NCBI GenBank assembly: GCA_043767805.1
Contig: JAYUGC010000058.1
Location: 1 to 64,000, forward strand
Reading direction: 5' to 3'
Source of the DNA: Pseudomonadota bacterium
GTDB taxonomy: Bacteria; Bdellovibrionota; FAC87; UBA2466
DNA: 64,000 nucleotides
Made by a program: the position numbers and the translations under genes. Shown piece after piece: positions 18,553 to 28,499 of the stretch. The notes under the pieces were generated by a model. The model made no database searches. It was not told where the DNA came from and was given only the letters and a program-made list of their open reading frames with translations. Numbering within the stretch: the stretch's first letter is position 1; every line of letters starts with the position of its first letter.

Positions 18553-18825
18553 ATGTCCGCCAATTCCGGGAGAGCGATTTCAGGATTTCTTTTACGTTGG
18601 AAAGAAAAAGAGTCCCTGCCGCCTCCGGCTCCCAAATCGACGGAAGCGGGCTTCTCTCTCGTGTCCGCGCTCATTGCCCTGGCCATTACGGCAATGGGCA
18701 TGGTGGCGGCCCAACGCGTGCACACGCTGACTTTTAGAGGTAGCTCGCACGCGGATTTGAGAGGCGGGATTCGCAGTCTTTCCGACTCGCTCAAGCCGAT
18801 GAACACCCAAGCCACGGTCCGCTGA
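18553..18825 (+). pseudogene. Degenerate prepilin-like fragment
   Basis: AGFSLVSALIALAITAMG resembles a type IV prepilin motif but lacks Glu5; ORF is short. Confidence 0.3.
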
Positions 18826-19027
18826 TTAAGAACCTTCTGCCGGTTACCGCCCACATCGCCGTTGCGAGTGCGTCCAAAACCTTTCGGCCCGAAGGCTCCA
18901 GAAGAAATCCCGATGACCCGATGTTTGCGGTTAACCACGTGTCCGCAAAACTTCGAGCCGATCTTAGCGTCGAACGCCTCCAAGCCTCACCTCGACCTGT
19001 ACCTCGCCTACCACAACGGTTTAGCGC

Positions 19028-19255
19028 TTAACTGATACGGCTCACCCTACCCAAGGAAGGCACAAAAACCACACTCAAGTGAGCCAGGTATTGAAGCACT
19101 TGCCCGCCTCCGCACTCGCCCGCCGATACGCGGCTGAACCGAAGGGAGGTGGGCGTCAGATCTTGTGTTGGCCCGGCTTGATCTTCGTCCGCGCCTGCAT
19201 AACTCGCGAGTACTGCCCCCGTCAGGATAAGGGCCAATAGGAATGTCTTTTTCAT
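19028..19255 (-). CDS. Small secreted protein, possibly truncated
   Basis: RBS AAGGAGG, signal peptide MKKTFLLALIL...AGA. Confidence 0.5.
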   Translation of the reverse strand: MKKTFLLALILTGAVLASYAGADEDQAGPTQDLTPTSLRFSRVSAGECGGGQVLQYLAHLSVVFVPSLGRVSRIS

Positions 19256-19346
19256 GGGGCCTCCTTACTCGCTCACGCGAAAAGGGGCTGCGAAAAGGCT
19301 CAGTCCGGGCTTTTCTCTTTTCCCTTCTCGACGTAGCTTCCTGCTC

Positions 19347-20141
19347 GTGCCGGAATTACCTGAAGTCGAAAGCGCCCGCCAAGTCCTCTTGAAAGCCGCG
19401 AAAGGCCGCACCATCGCCGAGGTGCGCGTGCATCCGGACCCCTTGGTCTTCGATCGCAATAAGCCCGCGGCCATCGTCAAATCTCTTACAGGGAAAAAGA
19501 TCGTCGGTGCCGGAAGGCGGGGCAAACATTTTTGGGCGGAGCTCGACGGCCGGCCGTGGCCTTGGTTTCATTTCGGAATGAGCGGCTCGCTTCACGTCTA
19601 CGAAAAGCCCGAGGAGCGGCCCAGCCATTGGAAGCTCGAGCTGGTGCTGGACGACGGCAAGCGGCTCGCATGGCGCGACCCGCGCCGTTTCGGCCGGATT
19701 CGCTTGGTAGAAGATCCGCTATCCGACCCGAAAATGCGGCGCCTTGGTTTTGATCCGCTCCTCGACATGCCGAACCTGCCCGCGCTGCGGGGGCTCCTTC
19801 GCAAGCGAAAGAAGAATCTAAAGGCGCTGCTCCTCGATCAAACGTTCTCGGCCGGGGTGGGTAACTGGATTGCCGACGAGGTTCTCTACCACGCGAAGCT
19901 CGCGCCGCGCCGAATGAGCGCCGACCTCAGCGATGCGGACATTAAGGCGCTGCGACAAAGCCTGCTCAAAGTGATTCGCCTCGCCGTCAAACATGAGGCC
20001 GACGCCGAGAAGTTCCCTTGGGACTGGCTCTTTCACTACCGCTGGAGCGCGAAACATACCCACACGGCCCGAGACACGCAGATCGTGCGCGAGACCATCG
20101 CCGGCCGCACCACGGCCTGGGTCCCCGAAGAGCAAGTCTGA
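19347..20141 (+). CDS. mutM: Fpg/Nei-family DNA glycosylase, zincless-finger type
   Basis: GTG start gives (M)PELPEVE; RRGK, HFGMSG, DPRRFG and ALLLDQ...GVGNWIADEVL H2TH motifs; no Cys finger. Confidence 0.9.
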   Translation: MPELPEVESARQVLLKAAKGRTIAEVRVHPDPLVFDRNKPAAIVKSLTGKKIVGAGRRGKHFWAELDGRPWPWFHFGMSGSLHVYEKPEERPSHWKLELVLDDGKRLAWRDPRRFGRIRLVEDPLSDPKMRRLGFDPLLDMPNLPALRGLLRKRKKNLKALLLDQTFSAGVGNWIADEVLYHAKLAPRRMSADLSDADIKALRQSLLKVIRLAVKHEADAEKFPWDWLFHYRWSAKHTHTARDTQIVRETIAGRTTAWVPEEQV

Positions 20142-20259
20142 AGGCGAGGCATGAGCCCGAGCCGCGGATCTTTCTGCCCGCCGCATTTGGATTACCCGCG
20201 CACTACGGAGCCGGACCATTCGATTGCGGTGCCGTTGGAAGGAAATCCCGGCCACTGAC

Positions 20260-20856
20260 TCAGGCGAGTTGAGCGCAGGCGTTGTCTCGGGCGATTTGGG
20301 TTAGGTGCTCCGCGATTTTTTCCGTGGGGAGCACCCAGTCGACACTTCCAGAAGCCTGGGCATTCAAGGGCATGCTGTCCACTTCCGCGGAAAGGTCCTG
20401 TGCGAAGGTGATGCCTCCCTTGGCTTTGATACTTAGACTGCCTTCGGTCCCATCTCCGTCATACCCCGAGAGTATGACGCTAATTGCCCGGCTTCCCATC
20501 GCCTCGGCAAGGGAGGTCAGGAAGAAGTCAATTTGCTTATGCCGGCCAGCCTTTAAGGTACGCGGGGAGGCGACCTGGAAAGCGAAATCATCGATCGTAA
20601 GATCGGTATTACGTTGAATGATGTAAATATGGTTCGGTTCGATTTTGCATCCGTCGCAGGCCTCCACGACGGGCATTTTAGTTAAAGGCGTGAGAATCTT
20701 GACCAGCAGACTATCGTGATCGGGGCTCAAATGGGCGACGATGACGAACGCCATGCCGGTATCGGCGGGAATGCCCGCGAGGAGCTTCTTATAGCCGGCA
20801 AGGCCACCGGCTGAGCCTCCTATGCCAACGATGTAACTAGGCCTTTGCGGATTCAT
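20260..20856 (-). CDS. cheB: Stand-alone CheB-type methylesterase domain
   Basis: GGSAGG, AHL and SG..GDG catalytic motifs; no receiver domain. Confidence 0.85.
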   Translation of the reverse strand: MNPQRPSYIVGIGGSAGGLAGYKKLLAGIPADTGMAFVIVAHLSPDHDSLLVKILTPLTKMPVVEACDGCKIEPNHIYIIQRNTDLTIDDFAFQVASPRTLKAGRHKQIDFFLTSLAEAMGSRAISVILSGYDGDGTEGSLSIKAKGGITFAQDLSAEVDSMPLNAQASGSVDWVLPTEKIAEHLTQIARDNACAQLA

Positions 20857-21178
20857 GGGTTCTCCTGCTTGTTGACGAACCCTACCCCATGGCTCGGTTC
20901 GTCGGTAGTGAAGTTGTCCTTATTAAGGGGCGAAGGCAAGGGTCGGCTGCTGGGAACGCTTGGATTCACGGGCACAAACTATTTTATTTTTTAGATTTTC
21001 TTACCTTGCGGCGGGCTCTCGGCGGGCTTAGTGTTCTGGCGAACCTTTACGCCTATTCCCAGCGAGAGCTGATTTGTGAATTCGTCACGTCACTCTGTCT
21101 TTCCTGATCTTTGTTGCTGGAAATCTCTTCTGCGATCGCTCCCAGTTTATTTTTGTTTCTTTAACCTAAGGGAATGAG

Positions 21179-22762
21179 ATGGAGTTTCTCGGGGCCCCAA
21201 AATTAACGCGACCGAAACTCTTTGAGGGGGAATCCCTTTTAAGGCCTCACCCGATCGGCGTATCTCCTCCCGCGGCGCCGCCCCCCGGCCTTTTCAGTCT
21301 ACTTGAAAATTTTCTGGCCAGCTCTCCGATTGGGTTTTCCTACTTCGACGAGGACTTGCGCTATGTTTGTGTAAACCACCCTTTCGCGGCGATGGTCGGT
21401 TACGCCCCCGATCAACTCCTGGGGCAACTGCCTCGGGACGCCTCTCCGGAGAGCGCACTTTCGTGGGAGCCCGCCCTGCGCCGGGTTTTCGACACTGGGA
21501 TTTCGGAAATGAACATTGAGTTCCCTCTTCCTCGGCACGATGCCACCAGTCAAAGCCAAGTCGCCTCGGCAAACCTCTACCCCGTGCTGGGCGACAAGGG
21601 CGAAGTCGTCGGAGTCGGGGTCATGCTGGTCGACGTAACGGAACGAAAAGCGCTCGAGGCCCGTCTTTTCGAAAATGAGGAGCGGCTGCGGCTTGCTCTC
21701 GAATCGGCCGCTTTGGGGACCTGGGATTGGAACGTTGCCTCCGGAGTCATTCTCCTTTCCGCTCGGGCTCAGGCGATTTGCGGCACTGACTTAGGGCCAT
21801 CGACCCCTTTGGAAGTGTTTTTTGATTCGGTTCACCCCGAGGATCGCGCAGGGCTGAAAGAGGCCATCCGCCGCGCCCTGGAGACTCCCGGGGAAGATTA
21901 TCGCAGCGAGTACCGCTCGATCGGGAGCAAAGACGGGAAAGAGCGGTGGGTCGGGGTCAGAGGAAGAGTGAAATTCGACCAGGAAAAGAGACCGGTGCTT
22001 TTTACTGGCGTGGTCTCGGATGCGACGCTCCAAAAGCAAGCGGATCAGCTCCGCCAGAAGGTATCCGTCGAGTTGATGCGATCCAATTCCGAGCTGGAGC
22101 GTTTTGCCTCGGTGGCGTCTCACGATTTGCGCGAGCCCGTGCGGACGGTGAGCAACTATGTCTCTCTTTTAAGGCGCCGCAATAAAGAAACGTGGGATCC
22201 CGTCTCATTGGAGTTTCTGGCCTTCGCCGAGTCGGGAGCCCGCCGGATGGGGGAGCTAATCGACGATTTACTGTTCTATTCCAGAGTGAGTAACGAGCAG
22301 CGGGAAAAACAAGAGTGTGACCTGAATGTGATTTTGCAAAAGACTCTGCTCAACTTAGGGGCAGCCATTGAGGAGAGCCGGGCGCAAATCACCAGCGACC
22401 GCCTCCCGGCAGTGATGGGAGAGTCCTCCTATCTAATTCAGCTTTTTCAAAATCTTCTGGCGAACAGCATCAAGTATCGCCGGCAAGGCGAGGTTCCGCG
22501 CATCCATATCTCCGCGACGAGAGCGGAAGCGGAATGGCTGATCCTCTTCAAGGACGAAGGCATTGGCTTTGAGGAGAAGGAGGCTTCGAATATTTTCGAA
22601 GCCTTTGTGCGCTTGCACGGCCACGCGGACTACTCGGGATCGGGGCTGGGGTTGGCCACCTGCCGCAAGATTGTCACCCAGCATGGGGGCCAAATTTGGG
22701 CTGAGTCGAAACTTGGCAAAGGGGCCTCGTTCTTTTTTACGATACCGGCTCTGAAAGAGTAG
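21179..22762 (+). CDS. Cytoplasmic PAS/PAC sensor histidine kinase
   Basis: Two PAS domains, ASHDLREP H-box, FQNLLANSIKY, DEGIG, GSGLGL. Confidence 0.92.
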   Translation: MEFLGAPKLTRPKLFEGESLLRPHPIGVSPPAAPPPGLFSLLENFLASSPIGFSYFDEDLRYVCVNHPFAAMVGYAPDQLLGQLPRDASPESALSWEPALRRVFDTGISEMNIEFPLPRHDATSQSQVASANLYPVLGDKGEVVGVGVMLVDVTERKALEARLFENEERLRLALESAALGTWDWNVASGVILLSARAQAICGTDLGPSTPLEVFFDSVHPEDRAGLKEAIRRALETPGEDYRSEYRSIGSKDGKERWVGVRGRVKFDQEKRPVLFTGVVSDATLQKQADQLRQKVSVELMRSNSELERFASVASHDLREPVRTVSNYVSLLRRRNKETWDPVSLEFLAFAESGARRMGELIDDLLFYSRVSNEQREKQECDLNVILQKTLLNLGAAIEESRAQITSDRLPAVMGESSYLIQLFQNLLANSIKYRRQGEVPRIHISATRAEAEWLILFKDEGIGFEEKEASNIFEAFVRLHGHADYSGSGLGLATCRKIVTQHGGQIWAESKLGKGASFFFTIPALKE

Positions 22763-22769
22763 AGGAGCT

Positions 22770-25601
22770 ATGGAGCGGGAAGTCGGGGCCGAAAAAGAAG
22801 CATTTTTCCCGGTGGTGGGGATTGGAGCCTCGGCCGGAGGGCTGGAGGCGCTCCAGGAGCTCTTCGCTCATCTGCCAAAAGACGAAATGTCCTGCGTGGT
22901 CGTCCAGCATCTGGACCCGGTCCATGAGAGTTTGCTCGCGGGGATTTTGTCTCAAAAGACCAAGATGACCGTGCGAGAGGCGAAGGAGGGGGCGAAGCTC
23001 GCCGTCAATTGTGTCTACACCATCCCGCCCAATACCGTGATCCGGGTCGTGGACGGGGTATTGCGCCTCTCTCCGCGCAATGAAATGCTTGGGCTCTTCT
23101 TGCCCATCGATCAGTTTTTTCGATCGCTGGCGCAGAATTACGGGGGAAGGGCGATTGGAATCGTGCTCTCCGGCGGAGGCTCCGACGGGTCTCTGGGAAT
23201 TCAGGAGATCAAGGCGTGCGGCGGTATCGCATTCGCTCAGGATGAAAGCACTGCTAGGGTATTCACCATGCCTCAGAACGCCATAGCCACGGGTGCCGTC
23301 GACTTCGTGCTTTCTCCCCGAAAAGTCGCGGAGCGGATTGGTGAATTGGTCAAGGATCGCTATTGGGCCGAGCCGGAAAAGACTAAAACTCGTGCCGTCG
23401 AAGGCGTGGGCGAGGCCATGACAGAGGTCCTCCGCCATGTTTTCAAGACGACGGGAATTGATTTTTCCAGTTACAAGGCCGCGACTCTAAAACGGCGTAT
23501 TTCGCGGCGGATGCAGTTTAGAAACACCGATACGGTAGCCCAGTACCTAGCCTTGGTTAAAGAGGACGCTTCCGAAAGCCACACGCTCTGCCAAGACATT
23601 CTCATTCAAGTGACCAGGTTCTTTAGGGAGCCGGAGAGTTACGAGCTTCTAAAGACGACCGTGTTCCCGGACCTGTTCAAAGGAAGGGCGAGTCAGGATC
23701 CCATTCGAATTTGGGTGGTCGGGTGTTCTTCGGGAGAAGAGGCTTACTCGATTTTGATTGCGCTCAGCGAGTACATGTCGAGCACGAACCAGCATGCCCC
23801 CGTGCAACTATTCGGAACGGATATTAACGATTCCGCCATCCAGAAGGCGAGGGCCGGGACCTACGGCCAAAATGCCGTCGTGGAATTATCTCCCGAAAGG
23901 CTGGCCAATTTTTTTAGCGTCAATGGGAGTTTCTACAGCATTAAAAAATCTCTTAGAGACCTTTGTATTTTTGCCAAGCATAACGTCCTAAGCGATCCCC
24001 CGTTTGCGAAAGTCGACCTGCTCAGCTGTCAAAACGTCATGATCTATTTCGACGCTTCCTTACAGAAACGGGTCCTTTCGATATTTCAGTACTCGTTGAA
24101 AGCGGAGGGAGTTCTTCTTTTGGGCCCGGCCGAGAGCATTGGGTCTAACTCGTCCCTCTTTACCGTGCTTAAACCCGGAAGCCAGGCGTTTAAGAAGGTC
24201 GCTGGACCCGGCCGATTATATTTCGACTTCGTCGGCGCCCAGCTGGCTGTTGAAAAGGTGGTGGCTCCCGAGAGCAGCCCCTCCTTGGGAGGACAGACGT
24301 CCACTTACGCCCAAGTGCAAAAGGAAGCCGACCGCTGGTTAGTGGCGCAGTTTTCCCCGCCGGGGGTCATCTTCAACGACAGGCTCGAGGTCATTCAATT
24401 CAAGGGACAAACGGGGCCCTATTTCGAGCACTCCCCCGGTTACGCGAGCTTGGATCTTTTGAAAATGCTTAGAGGCGAGCTCATTGCAGATGTGCGCCAT
24501 CTCGTCGACGAAGCTAGCAAAAGCGGAAAACCCGCTCGCAAAGAAGAGGTGACCCTGCGGGCGAACGGCCACTCCAAGCGAATTGCCCTGGAGGTATGCC
24601 CGATCCGGGTAGGGTCCCTTAAAGATATCTTTTTTCTTCTAACCTTTGAGGACCTGGAGCTCGCCTCGGTGGCGGAAATGACTAAGCGGCGGCTCGCGAA
24701 GCAGGAGTCCGCCGCGCGCGAAAATTCGGGCGATGAAACTGTAGCCTTGAGAGCCGAGCTCGCGGCGACGAAGGAATACCTTCAGGCCGTGAACGAGGAG
24801 AAAGAGGCGGCGAACGAAGAGTTGCGGGCGGCAAACGAGGAGGTCATGTCGACCAACGAGGAATTGCAAAGTACGAATGAAGAGATGCACACCGCAAAGG
24901 AAGAGCTTCAGTCGACGAACGAGGAGCTCTTGACGGTCAACGACGAGCTGCAAAACCGCAATCGGGAGTTTTTCCAGCTCAATAACGACCTAACCAATCT
25001 TTTTACGAGCCTGAACGTGGCCGTGGTGATGCTCGATAAAGATCTCCGCATCCGCAAGTTCACTCCCATGGCCGAAAAATTGTTCCGGCTCATCGAGACC
25101 GATGTCGCACGCAAGCTTACCGATATTCGTAGCAAACTCGAGATAAGAGATCTGGAGGCGCTCGTAGCGGAAGTCATCCGGACACTCGCCCCGGTGAAGA
25201 TCGAGGCGAAGGACGGCGACGGTAACTGGTACTCGGTGGAAATTCGGCCTTACCGCACCAACGACGACAAGATTGACGGCGCGATTCTTCTTTTCACGGA
25301 CATCAATCAGATCAAGGCCGGACTCGGATACGCTGCCGCGGTGGAGGAGACTCTAGGGCACCCGCTCCTCATTTTGACGGGCGATCTCAAGATCAAGAAG
25401 GCCAACGAAAAATTCCATGAATTTTTTCAGACCACTCCGAGGGAGACCGACGGCCGGTTTCTTTATGAGCTTGGGGATGGCTCGTGGAACACACCCAAAC
25501 TCAAGGAACTTCTCGAAGGCATTCTCACCAGGAACACGGTCATAAATAACTTCGAAATGACCCATGAGTTTCCGAAGATTGGCCGCAAGTCCTTGGGCTG
25601 A
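22770..25601 (+). CDS. CheB-CheR fusion with coiled coil and PAS domains (last PAS strands frameshifted)
   Basis: GASAGG CheB; VTRFFREP, GCSSGEEAYS and KHNVLSDPPF CheR; NEELQSTNEE heptads; PAS; no kinase domain. Confidence 0.9.
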   Translation: MEREVGAEKEAFFPVVGIGASAGGLEALQELFAHLPKDEMSCVVVQHLDPVHESLLAGILSQKTKMTVREAKEGAKLAVNCVYTIPPNTVIRVVDGVLRLSPRNEMLGLFLPIDQFFRSLAQNYGGRAIGIVLSGGGSDGSLGIQEIKACGGIAFAQDESTARVFTMPQNAIATGAVDFVLSPRKVAERIGELVKDRYWAEPEKTKTRAVEGVGEAMTEVLRHVFKTTGIDFSSYKAATLKRRISRRMQFRNTDTVAQYLALVKEDASESHTLCQDILIQVTRFFREPESYELLKTTVFPDLFKGRASQDPIRIWVVGCSSGEEAYSILIALSEYMSSTNQHAPVQLFGTDINDSAIQKARAGTYGQNAVVELSPERLANFFSVNGSFYSIKKSLRDLCIFAKHNVLSDPPFAKVDLLSCQNVMIYFDASLQKRVLSIFQYSLKAEGVLLLGPAESIGSNSSLFTVLKPGSQAFKKVAGPGRLYFDFVGAQLAVEKVVAPESSPSLGGQTSTYAQVQKEADRWLVAQFSPPGVIFNDRLEVIQFKGQTGPYFEHSPGYASLDLLKMLRGELIADVRHLVDEASKSGKPARKEEVTLRANGHSKRIALEVCPIRVGSLKDIFFLLTFEDLELASVAEMTKRRLAKQESAARENSGDETVALRAELAATKEYLQAVNEEKEAANEELRAANEEVMSTNEELQSTNEEMHTAKEELQSTNEELLTVNDELQNRNREFFQLNNDLTNLFTSLNVAVVMLDKDLRIRKFTPMAEKLFRLIETDVARKLTDIRSKLEIRDLEALVAEVIRTLAPVKIEAKDGDGNWYSVEIRPYRTNDDKIDGAILLFTDINQIKAGLGYAAAVEETLGHPLLILTGDLKIKKANEKFHEFFQTTPRETDGRFLYELGDGSWNTPKLKELLEGILTRNTVINNFEMTHEFPKIGRKSLG

Positions 25602-25675
25602 AGGCTCGGCGCCTTTTGCACAACGACAAAAGCACGGAAACGATCGTTCTGGTTTTCGAGTCAGCTTAGGCGGGG

Positions 25676-25715
25676 AAAAAAAGGCGCCCACCCTCCCCAC
25701 GGGAAGAGGGGCGCC
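25676..25715 (-). terminator. Terminator of the M14 peptidase gene
   Basis: GGCGCCC...GGGCGCC stem preceded by an A7 run on the + strand. Confidence 0.7.
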
Positions 25716-25724
25716 CAGAGAGAG

Positions 25725-26903
25725 TTAAGGCCGGCTCGGCATTCCGGGCTGCTCCATGCGCTCCAGAATGTACTGCCAACCCGCGCGTTGTTTTTCGACC
25801 GTAGGGTTACGCCACGTGTACGGGGGCTGGAAGCCCAGGCTCGTGGAGTTCACTTCGACGACGAACGTCATCGTCTTAGCACTCGTGTACATCCAATCGG
25901 TGGATCCGCCATCGACGTTGTACAGAAGCTCGTAAGACGTGCCGAAACGATACGTGCCGCGCCCCGTGTCTTTCACGAGCTTGCTGGCAAGCTCCTGTCC
26001 GACTTTCAGATAAACCGCCGCATCACCGGCCGGAATCTTCTTGGGGCTGCAACCGAAGGGGTAGATCACAAGCTCTGAGTAGCTATGGTACGAGATGTTG
26101 AATTTCGGCTTCACTTTCGCCACGAGGTTCATCATCGCCTGAGTCTCGGGCTCGGAACCGGCCGAGGCGCCGCGATAAATCTCGGAAGTTTTGCTGCCCG
26201 ACGATCCGCCGCAAGCGTTCCAGTCGTAGGGATAGTTGCGGTTGATATCGACGCCATGACCGCCCTGGGTGTTCTTTCTCCACATGGAGTCCGACTTCCA
26301 AACGCGATCGTTGCCGTCCGGGTTCACCATGGGGACGACCCAGATGTTGTACTTGCTGAGCCACTTCTTCACTCTTTGGTCGCGGCCCTGGGCTTGAGTG
26401 AGGTAGCCGACGATGTCGAGCCCCACTTCGGCGGTCATGACTTCGCGAGCGTGGTGCATAGCATCGAAAAGCACGGACTCTTTTTGGGTGGAGCGGTGCG
26501 CCTGATCGGTCAGATGAATGGCGAGGATTTCTTTGCCTTCCACCGATTTGCCGATGACGTACACCTTCGCGACTCCGGGAAAGCGCCGTTCGGTCTCCAG
26601 CAGATATTCTCTGACGTAGCTATATTGTTTGTACTTCGGATCCGGAGCGCGGGCGTCGCGCTTCGCGATGATGTTGATGCTGCGGGGGAAGTTCCTGAGG
26701 CCGCTCTCCTTCACGACGACGGAGAGAACCTTGCGATCCCAATCCACGCCGCCAATGTCCAGTCCATGCGCTTGGGCGACTTGAATGTCGCGAAGGCTAT
26801 TGAGCGGTACGTCGACGTAATATTGCTTCTCCGGCGCGGGGGCCGCGCCAGACAGAAAAAGACTGCCCACTAGGGCGATAAAAGCTGTGAATAATTGAGC
26901 CAT
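25725..26903 (-). CDS. Secreted zinc carboxypeptidase, M14 family (carboxypeptidase T-like)
   Basis: HARE, NPDG, WRKN, GVDINRNY, SEPET and HSYSE motifs; signal peptide. Confidence 0.92.
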   Translation of the reverse strand: MAQLFTAFIALVGSLFLSGAAPAPEKQYYVDVPLNSLRDIQVAQAHGLDIGGVDWDRKVLSVVVKESGLRNFPRSINIIAKRDARAPDPKYKQYSYVREYLLETERRFPGVAKVYVIGKSVEGKEILAIHLTDQAHRSTQKESVLFDAMHHAREVMTAEVGLDIVGYLTQAQGRDQRVKKWLSKYNIWVVPMVNPDGNDRVWKSDSMWRKNTQGGHGVDINRNYPYDWNACGGSSGSKTSEIYRGASAGSEPETQAMMNLVAKVKPKFNISYHSYSELVIYPFGCSPKKIPAGDAAVYLKVGQELASKLVKDTGRGTYRFGTSYELLYNVDGGSTDWMYTSAKTMTFVVEVNSTSLGFQPPYTWRNPTVEKQRAGWQYILERMEQPGMPSRP

Positions 26904-26983
26904 AATACTCCTTTAGAGGAGCATCCTAGGTCTCACACGGCCTTCACGACACCGTAAAAGCAGGGACTTTTAACAAAAAGTTT

Positions 26984-27565
26984 CTAATGCCCCGCAGAAA
27001 CTTCTCTGAGCCGCGATTCTTGCTCGGGGCGGCTGTCGGTTTTGCGCGGAAGAAGATTCGCGAGCTCGTCGGCGTGTTCTTCTTCCTCTTCGAGGATCTG
27101 CTCGAGCAGGCGCCGCGTGGTGGGGTCGTCGTTGCCGAAGAAGCGGATCATCTCGGCGTAAATATCGATGACGATTCTTTCCGCGATGATGTTTTCCTGG
27201 AGCATCTCGACCAGGGTTTCGCACTCGACGTAGTCGGTGGCCGAACGCTGGGCTAAGCCCTCAGGATTGAAATTCGGATCCCCGTTTAGCTGAGTGATGC
27301 GCTCGGCGAGCCTATCGACGTGCACTTGCTCTTCTTTCGCGTGTTCCAGGAACTCTTGGGCTATGCCTTCCGAGTTGAGACCGCTCGCCATTTGGTAGTG
27401 GAGTTGGTAGCGAAGGACGCAGACGATCTCGGTGGCGAGAGCGTCGTTCAATAGCTTGATGGCGGTCGTGCGGTCCGACGCGTAGGCCGAGGTGACCGCT
27501 CCTTGCTCGATGTGCTGCCGAGCGCGTTTTTTGATTTCCTGCACGTTGACTACAAAATCTCCCAT
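26984..27565 (-). CDS. Ferritin-like / bacterioferritin-family protein
   Basis: LNDALATEIVCVLRY, EEQVH, IIAERI and EEEHAD ferroxidase-type motifs; start moved to MGDF. Confidence 0.85.
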   Translation of the reverse strand: MGDFVVNVQEIKKRARQHIEQGAVTSAYASDRTTAIKLLNDALATEIVCVLRYQLHYQMASGLNSEGIAQEFLEHAKEEQVHVDRLAERITQLNGDPNFNPEGLAQRSATDYVECETLVEMLQENIIAERIVIDIYAEMIRFFGNDDPTTRRLLEQILEEEEEHADELANLLPRKTDSRPEQESRLREVSAGH

Positions 27566-27604
27566 TTTCGAATCCTTTCGCGATGAGGTTTTGCGGGAGG
27601 AGAA

Positions 27605-27620
27605 TGCAGGACTCATGCCG
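27605..27620 (-). promoter_or_regulatory. Sigma-54 -24/-12 motif (ferritin-like gene)
   Basis: CGGCAT-GAGTC-CTGCA (GG-N10-GC). Confidence 0.5.
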
Positions 27621-27662
27621 ATAGCGTTTGCCGGTACCGCTTGGGTTCGCTAGAAAAACGCC

Positions 27663-28040
27663 ATGCTCGACCATTTGTCTCTCGGCGTTGCCGACTTGAA
27701 TCGATCGCTCGCTTTCTACGATGAAGTCATGGGAGCCCTCGGCTACTCACGGCTCTGGAAAAATGAGAGCGCGGCGGGGTACGGCGAGCACGGTTCCGAG
27801 GAGCCATTCGCTATCAAGGAAGAAAGACCGGGGGACGTCCCCGGCGGTTCAAAACGAACCCACGTCGCGTTCTCGGCGAACGGAACGTCGGCAGTGGATG
27901 CCTTTCATGAAGCCGCTCTAGCGAACGGAGGCAAAGACGAGGGCGCTCCGGGAAATAGGCCTCACTACGGCGATAAATATTACGCCGCTTTCGTGACCGA
28001 CCCAGACGGGTATCGCTTGGAAGCGGTCTTTCATGGCTAG
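27663..28040 (+). CDS. VOC/glyoxalase-family protein
   Basis: MLDHLSLGV, HVAF, YYAAFVTDPDGYRLEAV. Confidence 0.9.
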   Translation: MLDHLSLGVADLNRSLAFYDEVMGALGYSRLWKNESAAGYGEHGSEEPFAIKEERPGDVPGGSKRTHVAFSANGTSAVDAFHEAALANGGKDEGAPGNRPHYGDKYYAAFVTDPDGYRLEAVFHG

Positions 28041-28294
28041 CGATTGCGGAAGCCGCCGTTCGCGTTCTGTCCTTTGAAGTCCGAGTAGTCCCACGCCTGA
28101 TCGTTTTCTTCCTCGCGGATGGCGTTGCGGCTGGAAGGCGCCGGTGCCCGCGGCTCCGAGTACTCATCGACTTTGAGCGGAGTGACCGTCGCTAGAGGGG
28201 AAGTGCGAATCGCGGAATCCCTCCAGCTCATGTCTCTCAACGTGATAAAGACGGCGATGGGAAAAGAAACAATTTTGATGGCTGTGTCCAACAT
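28037..28294 (-). CDS. Small hypothetical protein
   Basis: RBS AAGGAG and an upstream sigma-54 motif. Confidence 0.6.
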   Translation of the reverse strand: MLDTAIKIVSFPIAVFITLRDMSWRDSAIRTSPLATVTPLKVDEYSEPRAPAPSSRNAIREEENDQAWDYSDFKGQNANGGFRNR

Positions 28295-28321
28295 GAAGAC
28301 TCCTTGTTTGCCGAACTAGGG

Positions 28322-28337
28322 AGCAAGGTTCAGGCCA
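28322..28337 (-). promoter_or_regulatory. Sigma-54 -24/-12 motif
   Basis: TGGCCT-GAACC-TTGCT on the minus strand. Confidence 0.6.
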
Positions 28338-28458
28338 GGCGCGGCACGCACCGACCAGGCTCAGGGGCGATGGGAATTCGGGTCCCCCCTGTCTCCGTTC
28401 CGTGACATTATTTTGATCCCGTTGAGGGACTTCCACACGGGGGACCGCGTTTTATGGC

Positions 28459-28474
28459 TGGCACCGCTAATGCA
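28459..28474 (+). promoter_or_regulatory. Sigma-54 -24/-12 motif
   Basis: TGGCAC-CGCTA-ATGCA. Confidence 0.65.
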
Positions 28475-28499
28475 GAGTCAGGTTTAGATAGGGGAATAC

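Noticed and set aside
24790..24960. 21-bp-period DNA repeats, possible CRISPR or VNTR
   Set aside because: They encode the NEELQST heptad coiled coil typical of CheB/CheR fusions; there are no spacers
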